Shown here: in pieces, positions 59,005 through 64,000 of the stretch
Layout: the number at the start of each line of letters is the position of its first letter
How positions within the stretch are numbered: the first letter of the stretch is position 1
Source: an uncultured delta proteobacterium
Lineage (GTDB): Bacteria > Myxococcota_A > Polyangia > Fen-1088
Direction of reading: 5' to 3'
NCBI GenBank assembly: GCA_963767925.1
Contig: CAVYGB010000010.1
Span: 1,120,001 to 1,184,000 of the forward strand
DNA: 64,000 bases
The notes under the pieces: generated by a model
The model's database searches: none
The model's input: only the letters and a program-made list of their open reading frames with translations
What the model was told of the DNA's origin: nothing
Program-made: the position numbers and the translations under genes

Positions 59005-60642
59005 TTGACCCGGGCCGCCATCGTGATCACGGCAGCGGTGGCCGCGATCTCCGCGGGGGTCGAGCTGGTGACCCGGGCCCGCCAGGACCGCGGCTGGCGC
59101 GCGCTGGAGGCCCAGATGCACCAGGACGTGGCGGAGGCCTCCCTGCAAGGGCTGCTGCGGGCGCGCATCGCCGGGGCCCGCATCCTGGCGGCCGAGCCGG
59201 ACAGCGCCCCGATGATGGCCCGGCTCGCCTTCATCGGGGCCTGGCTGGCCACCGACTACGGCCTGCGGTCGACGCGCGAGACGATCGAAGCCCTCGAGCG
59301 CCTCGCCGCCTCGCCCGATCGCCAGGCCCGCGACCTGGATCTCGCGCGCGCGCTGCTGGCGCTGACCCGGGGCGAGCGCGACCTCGCCCTGCGGCTCGCG
59401 ACGGCGGCGGCCCGCGCGGCGACCTCCGACGCCGACAGCGAGGAGGTGGCCTTCGACCTGCGCCCGCTGCTGGTGCTGGCCCGGGCCCGCGCGCTGGCCG
59501 GCGATCCGCTGGGGGCCAGCAAGGCGGCGGAGGCGGCGATCGTGCGCGAGCCGCGGGCCAACGCGCCCCTGCTCGCCTTCGCCGAGGCGAGGCTGGACCT
59601 GGGGCAGGCCGCGCCGGCGGAGAAGGCGCTGCGCGATCTGCTGGCGCGCGTGCCCGACCACAGCCGGGCCCTGCTGCTCCTGCGCCAGGCCCGGCAGGCG
59701 CGCCCGGTCCCCGGGCCGGACGATGCCCGCGACCTCGAGGCCCTGCTGGCGGCCTGCCGGCGCGACGGGGCGGTCTCGCCGGTGATCGCGGCGGGCTGCG
59801 ATCTGGCGATCGCCAGCGAGGCCCGGGCCAGCGGAAACCGGGGGCGGGCCCACGAACATGCGCTGCGCGCCGCCAGCCGCGAGGTCGTCGCCCCGCGCGT
59901 GCTGGCCGGGACCGCGCTGGTGCTGGCCCAGCTCGGCCGGATCGACGCCGCCGAGCGGCTGGCCGAGGCGGCGGCGCGCACGGCGGCCCCCGGGCTGCCG
60001 CCGCTGGCCTGGGCCCGGGTGGCCATCCTGCTCGGCCGGGGCGAGCTGGGCCTGCCGCCCGCCGGGCTGGCGCCGAGCGATCTCGAGACCCGCCTGCTGG
60101 CCGCCCGCGCCGCCCTCACCGCCGGCGGCCCCACCGCGCTCGGCGCCCTGCTCGCCGGCCTGGGCCCCGCCGCCCTCGCCGCCGACACAGACCTGCGCGC
60201 CCTGGCCCTGCTGACCACGCCGCCCGCCGCCGGTCGCCGCCCACCCGGCGCCGGCAAGGCCGCGGCGCTCGCCCGGGCCAATCCGCCCGCGCCCGCCGGA
60301 TCGCCGGCTGACCCTGCCGCCAGCGGGACCAGCCCGGTGTACGCCTACGCCCAGGGGCTGCGCGCCCGCGTGGCCGGCGATACCAGCGGGGCGCTGCGCT
60401 GGCTGCTCCCGGCCCTCGACGGCCACGGCGACGCCTGCCGGGCGGCCGGCGAATACGTGGCCACCGCCCGCCTGGCCGGCCACCCCATCACCAGCGAGCT
60501 CGACGCCGTCCGCGCCCTCAACCCCCGCTGCCTCAACCTCGCCCTCCCCCCACCCACCCCCGCCGCGCGCCGCCCCCGTCCCCGCCCTGGCAAGGCCGCC
60601 GCGACACCCCCGGGCGGACCGCGCCCGCCGACGCCGCCCTGA
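59005..60642 (+). CDS. Ala/Leu-rich TPR-like hypothetical protein
   Basis: N-terminal hydrophobic stretch, helical repeats, host-like codon bias; start uncertain. Confidence 0.6.
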   Translation: MTRAAIVITAAVAAISAGVELVTRARQDRGWRALEAQMHQDVAEASLQGLLRARIAGARILAAEPDSAPMMARLAFIGAWLATDYGLRSTRETIEALERLAASPDRQARDLDLARALLALTRGERDLALRLATAAARAATSDADSEEVAFDLRPLLVLARARALAGDPLGASKAAEAAIVREPRANAPLLAFAEARLDLGQAAPAEKALRDLLARVPDHSRALLLLRQARQARPVPGPDDARDLEALLAACRRDGAVSPVIAAGCDLAIASEARASGNRGRAHEHALRAASREVVAPRVLAGTALVLAQLGRIDAAERLAEAAARTAAPGLPPLAWARVAILLGRGELGLPPAGLAPSDLETRLLAARAALTAGGPTALGALLAGLGPAALAADTDLRALALLTTPPAAGRRPPGAGKAAALARANPPAPAGSPADPAASGTSPVYAYAQGLRARVAGDTSGALRWLLPALDGHGDACRAAGEYVATARLAGHPITSELDAVRALNPRCLNLALPPPTPAARRPRPRPGKAAATPPGGPRPPTPP

Positions 60643-60660
60643 GACCCCCGCGGGTCGGGC

Positions 60661-61500
60661 TCAGTTGCCGCCGTGGTTGGCGGTCTCGTCTTCGCTGGCC
60701 CGGCCGCTGTAGTCGATCCAGTGGGCCTGGTTGTCGCGCACGTCGACGTGCACGAACTGCGAGATCGGGTAGTAGCCGACGCCCTTGACCCCCAACGACA
60801 TCACGAGGTCGCGCACCATCAGGGCGGTCATGCCGGGGATGCGGATGTCGGCGGCCATGCCCCGCACGTGGTAGCTGAAGGCGGCGGTGGAGTACATCGG
60901 GGCCCGGAAGCCGGAGACCATCAGGATCTTGCCCCCGGCCCGCTGCGAGATCCGGTAGAGCAGCTCGATCAGGCGGGGGTCCATCGGCGTCTCGGCCCCG
61001 GTGCGCAGGCAGCGCATGAAGCGGCGGACCGCCCGGTAAGACTGCTCGTCGGGCTCGCCGGTGGCCAGATCGAGCAGCACCTCGAGCTGCTCGCCGGTGT
61101 TGACCGACTCGAGCTGCAGGCGCCCCAGCCGCTCGGGCGGGACCACCTGGGGGGGGCGGGCCCGGGCCCGCCAGGAGCCGGCGTCGAGGGCGGCGGCCGT
61201 CAGCAGGCCGCCGCCCGCCGGCAGGGGGTAACGGGCCAGCTCGTCGGCGGCGTCGGTCATGGCCGACATGCGCAGCGACAGGCGGCCGACCGCCCCCCGC
61301 AGCGACCAGGAGGCCACCCCCAGCCCCACCGCGACGAGCAGCACCACCGCCGCCGCCCCCACCGCCACGAAGGGCAGCCGGGCGGGGATCACGATGGTGC
61401 GGATGGGCCGGCGGGGGTCGCCGGCGATGACGATGCGCAGGGGCTCGCGCTTCTGCGCGCCCCGGGACAGCTCGCGCCGGGCTCGCTCGACTTCCTTCAC
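60661..61500 (-). CDS. DUF882/YcbK-like M15 peptidoglycan peptidase with N-terminal TM
   Basis: MDPRLIELL, SGFR, SYHVRGMAADI, GVGYYP..FVHVDVR. Confidence 0.88.
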   Translation of the reverse strand: MKEVERARRELSRGAQKREPLRIVIAGDPRRPIRTIVIPARLPFVAVGAAAVVLLVAVGLGVASWSLRGAVGRLSLRMSAMTDAADELARYPLPAGGGLLTAAALDAGSWRARARPPQVVPPERLGRLQLESVNTGEQLEVLLDLATGEPDEQSYRAVRRFMRCLRTGAETPMDPRLIELLYRISQRAGGKILMVSGFRAPMYSTAAFSYHVRGMAADIRIPGMTALMVRDLVMSLGVKGVGYYPISQFVHVDVRDNQAHWIDYSGRASEDETANHGGN

Positions 61501-61910
61501 TTCACGGAGGCGAGGTGGGCGGACGCGCCGCCCTCGGCAGAGGCGGCCTTCTCACCCATGCGGCTGGTGCCCCGGAACACGCCGCCGGTCTCGATGCGCA
61601 CGCTCTGGGCGTCGACGTCCCCCTCGATGCGTCCGCTGGCCACGATGTCGAGGTGGCCGCTGGCGGTGATGTTGCCGTGCACCTGTCCGGCCACCACCAC
61701 GTCGCGCCCCCGCACGTCGCCGCGCACGGTGCCGCTCTCGCCGATCACGACCGACGAGGTGGACTCGACCGACCCCTCGACGGTGCCGTCGACCCGGAAG
61801 GCGCCCTCCGCCTTCAGGTCACCGCGGACGTGGGCCGACCGCCCGAGGACGTTTTCGACCTGGTCGGTCGAGACCGACGCCGTTGCATCTCGCTTCGAGC
61901 CCCACGCCAT
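61497..61910 (-). CDS. Bactofilin (polymer-forming cytoskeletal protein)
   Basis: GAGGAG RBS; VRGDL..FRVDGTVEGSV..VVIGESGTVRGDV..IETGGVFRG. Confidence 0.92.
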   Translation of the reverse strand: MAWGSKRDATASVSTDQVENVLGRSAHVRGDLKAEGAFRVDGTVEGSVESTSSVVIGESGTVRGDVRGRDVVVAGQVHGNITASGHLDIVASGRIEGDVDAQSVRIETGGVFRGTSRMGEKAASAEGGASAHLASVK

Positions 61911-62003
61911 CTGTCTCCTCCTCTGCCCGACCGGCGACAACCTCGCCGTCCCGGACCGCCGACCTAGATCATCGCAAGATCCGAGTCGGCCTTGAGGGGG
62001 CCC

Positions 62004-64000
62004 TCAGGGTTCGCCGCGCAGGTGGGGGGGCAAGAGGGGGGAAGGCTTGCCGGTGTAGGTGATCCAGAGCTGGTGGGCGCCGCGGGTCATCGCCACGTGC
62101 AACATGCGGCGGGCGTGTTCGGTGTCGGGGTACGACTCCTCGTTGACGTCGACGAGGATGACGATGTCGAACTCCAGCCCCTTGGTCTGGCGCACGTCGG
62201 TGACGTCGATGCCCGGGCGGAAGCTGAAGTCCTGGGCCGCCACCAGGCGCACGTTGGGCACCTCCGCCGACGTCAGCGCGTCGAAATACAGGCGGGCCTG
62301 CTCCGGGTGTCGGGCGATCACCGCCACCGCCGCGTCTGGCTCGTCGCGCATCAGCTCCTTGAGCACCTGGGGCAGAAACTCGCTGGCCTCGCCCGAGGCG
62401 GCGAACCCGAACGACTCGACCGGGGCGCCGTTGCGGGGCGCGACCGGCCGCACGTCGCCCATCAGCGGCCCCAGCACGTGCTGCGCCACCTCGACGATCT
62501 CGCGGGTCGACCGATAGCTGACGCGCAGGGGCTCGACCCGGTCGTGGGCGATACCGAGGTGGTCGAGCATCTCCGACCAGGTGGTGAAGCCGTGGTCGGG
62601 GGCGATCGCCTGGGCGGTGTCGCCGGCCAGGGTGATCGATCGCTCCTTGGTGGTGCTGTCGAGCAGGACGGCCAGCTCGACCGGGGCGAAGTCCTGCACC
62701 TCGTCGACCATGAGGTGCTCGTAGGTGAGCGGGCCCTTGGCGGTCTGCAAAGGGCCGCGCTGCATCTGGTAGATGCGCAGCAGGAGGGCGTCGTCCTCGA
62801 CGTCGAGGGCGTAGCGCTCGCCGTCGTCGTCCCGGGGGCCGCCCTCGCGCAGGCGCTCGCGCTCGCCGCACTAGCGGGCCAGCTCGTCGATCTGCCCGGG
62901 CGAAAACAGGCCGGAGGCGTGGCGCTCGAACCCCTGGGCCAGCGCCGCCCGGTCGGTGAGCAGCGCGGCCCACTCGCCCAGCACGTCGCGGGTGCGCCGG
63001 CGCAGACGGGTCCCCGTCCCCTCGACGGTCGCGCGCACGGTGGCGCCGAGCGGGGCGTCCTTCACCCAGCGGGCGAACTGGGTCACCCGCAGGTCGACCG
63101 GGCCCACGCTGGCGTCCCAGGCCGCCAGCACCGTCTCGGCCTCGGGCTGGCCGCTCAGCGCCTGCTCGATCTCCCGGCGGCAGAAGGCGGCCAGGTCGGC
63201 CTGACGGTCGCCGATGATGGCGAGCATCGCCCCGTGCGACTTGGCCCGCACCACCACCGAGGGGGTGGAGTCGGTCGTCTCGTACGTTGTCGAGCTGGGG
63301 GAAGACCGCCCGGCGCACCTGCTCGGCCCAGGAGGCGAAGGTGACGACCGAGACGCCCGCCACGTCGAGCGAGGGCAACACGCGCGACACGTAGGTGGCC
63401 AGGGCCCGCTGGTACACGACCACCAGCATCCGCTCGGGCCGGAAGCGGCGGGAGTCGGCGAAGGCCAGGTAGGCGATCCGGTGCAGCCCGATGGTGGTCT
63501 TGCCGCTGCCGGCCGAGCCCTGCACGATGATCAGCCCCGAGGTGGGCCGGGTGATCAGCTCGAACTGGCGGGGGTCGATGAGGGCGGCGATGGCGGGCAG
63601 GAAGCGATCGACCCGGGTCTGGCCGGCGTCGAGGCCCAGCCGGCCCCGGGCCGCCGCCGACCGGCCCAGCCCGCCGACCGCGGCCGCCGGCTGATCGCCG
63701 TCGACCGTGACCTGGCCGTCGCGCGCCACCGACAGGCGGGCCTGCCGCACGTTGACCTCGCCGCCAGGCGCCGGTGCGCAGATCGCGGCCGAAGGTCGCC
63801 TCCCGGGAGGTCACCCGTCGCAGCTCCGCGTCCACGATGGCCACCGTGCGCCGCACCTGCACCTCGCCCTCGACCACCCGGTCGCCGAGCTGCTCCTCGT
63901 AGGCGTCGCCCTCCTCGTAGCGATAGAACAGGCGGGAGACGGGGGCGTTGCGCCAGTCGACGATCTGCACGCCGCCGCCGGGCTCGACGTAGCCGCGCTG
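62004..64000 (-). pseudogene. HelD/UvrD-like SF1 helicase, partial (5' end outside window), two frameshifts and an in-frame TAG
   Basis: IVDWRNAPVSRLFY; QGSAGSGKTT; VDEVQD; AGDTAQ; SYRS; KGLEFD; VAMTRG, spread over three frames. Confidence 0.85.

Overview
A very GC-rich bacterial window whose gene content (Ser/Thr kinases with AAA/TPR or WD40 domains, PEGA protein, MYXO-CTERM protease, Oar-like TonB receptor, myxobacterial ECF sigma, bactofilin) points to Myxococcota. The left end carries a compositionally foreign block (S8 protease with an apparent Glu-His-Ser triad plus a Cys-rich lipoprotein). It is followed by a complete IS1182-like element (17-bp IRs, CTAG duplication) sitting inside a scrambled FAD-oxidase pseudogene, and by a divergent sigma54-type pair of organosulfur-type monooxygenases. 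The most unusual locus is the operon at 14342-21757: an NG-pentapeptide-repeat lipoprotein, a 1936-aa kinase-AAA-TPR protein read in frame into an OPT transporter, and a TonB-C protein. Other points of interest are a REPIN-like inverted-repeat element enclosing a 7-bp tandem array, an MMP-like matrixin with a cysteine switch and tectonin repeats, a bactofilin coupled to an M15 peptidase, and a split double-length UvrA. Several single-base frameshifts suggest possible consensus errors, so splits and fusions need read-level confirmation. No rRNA, tRNA or CRISPR array was recognised. All family assignments come from motif recognition, not database searches.
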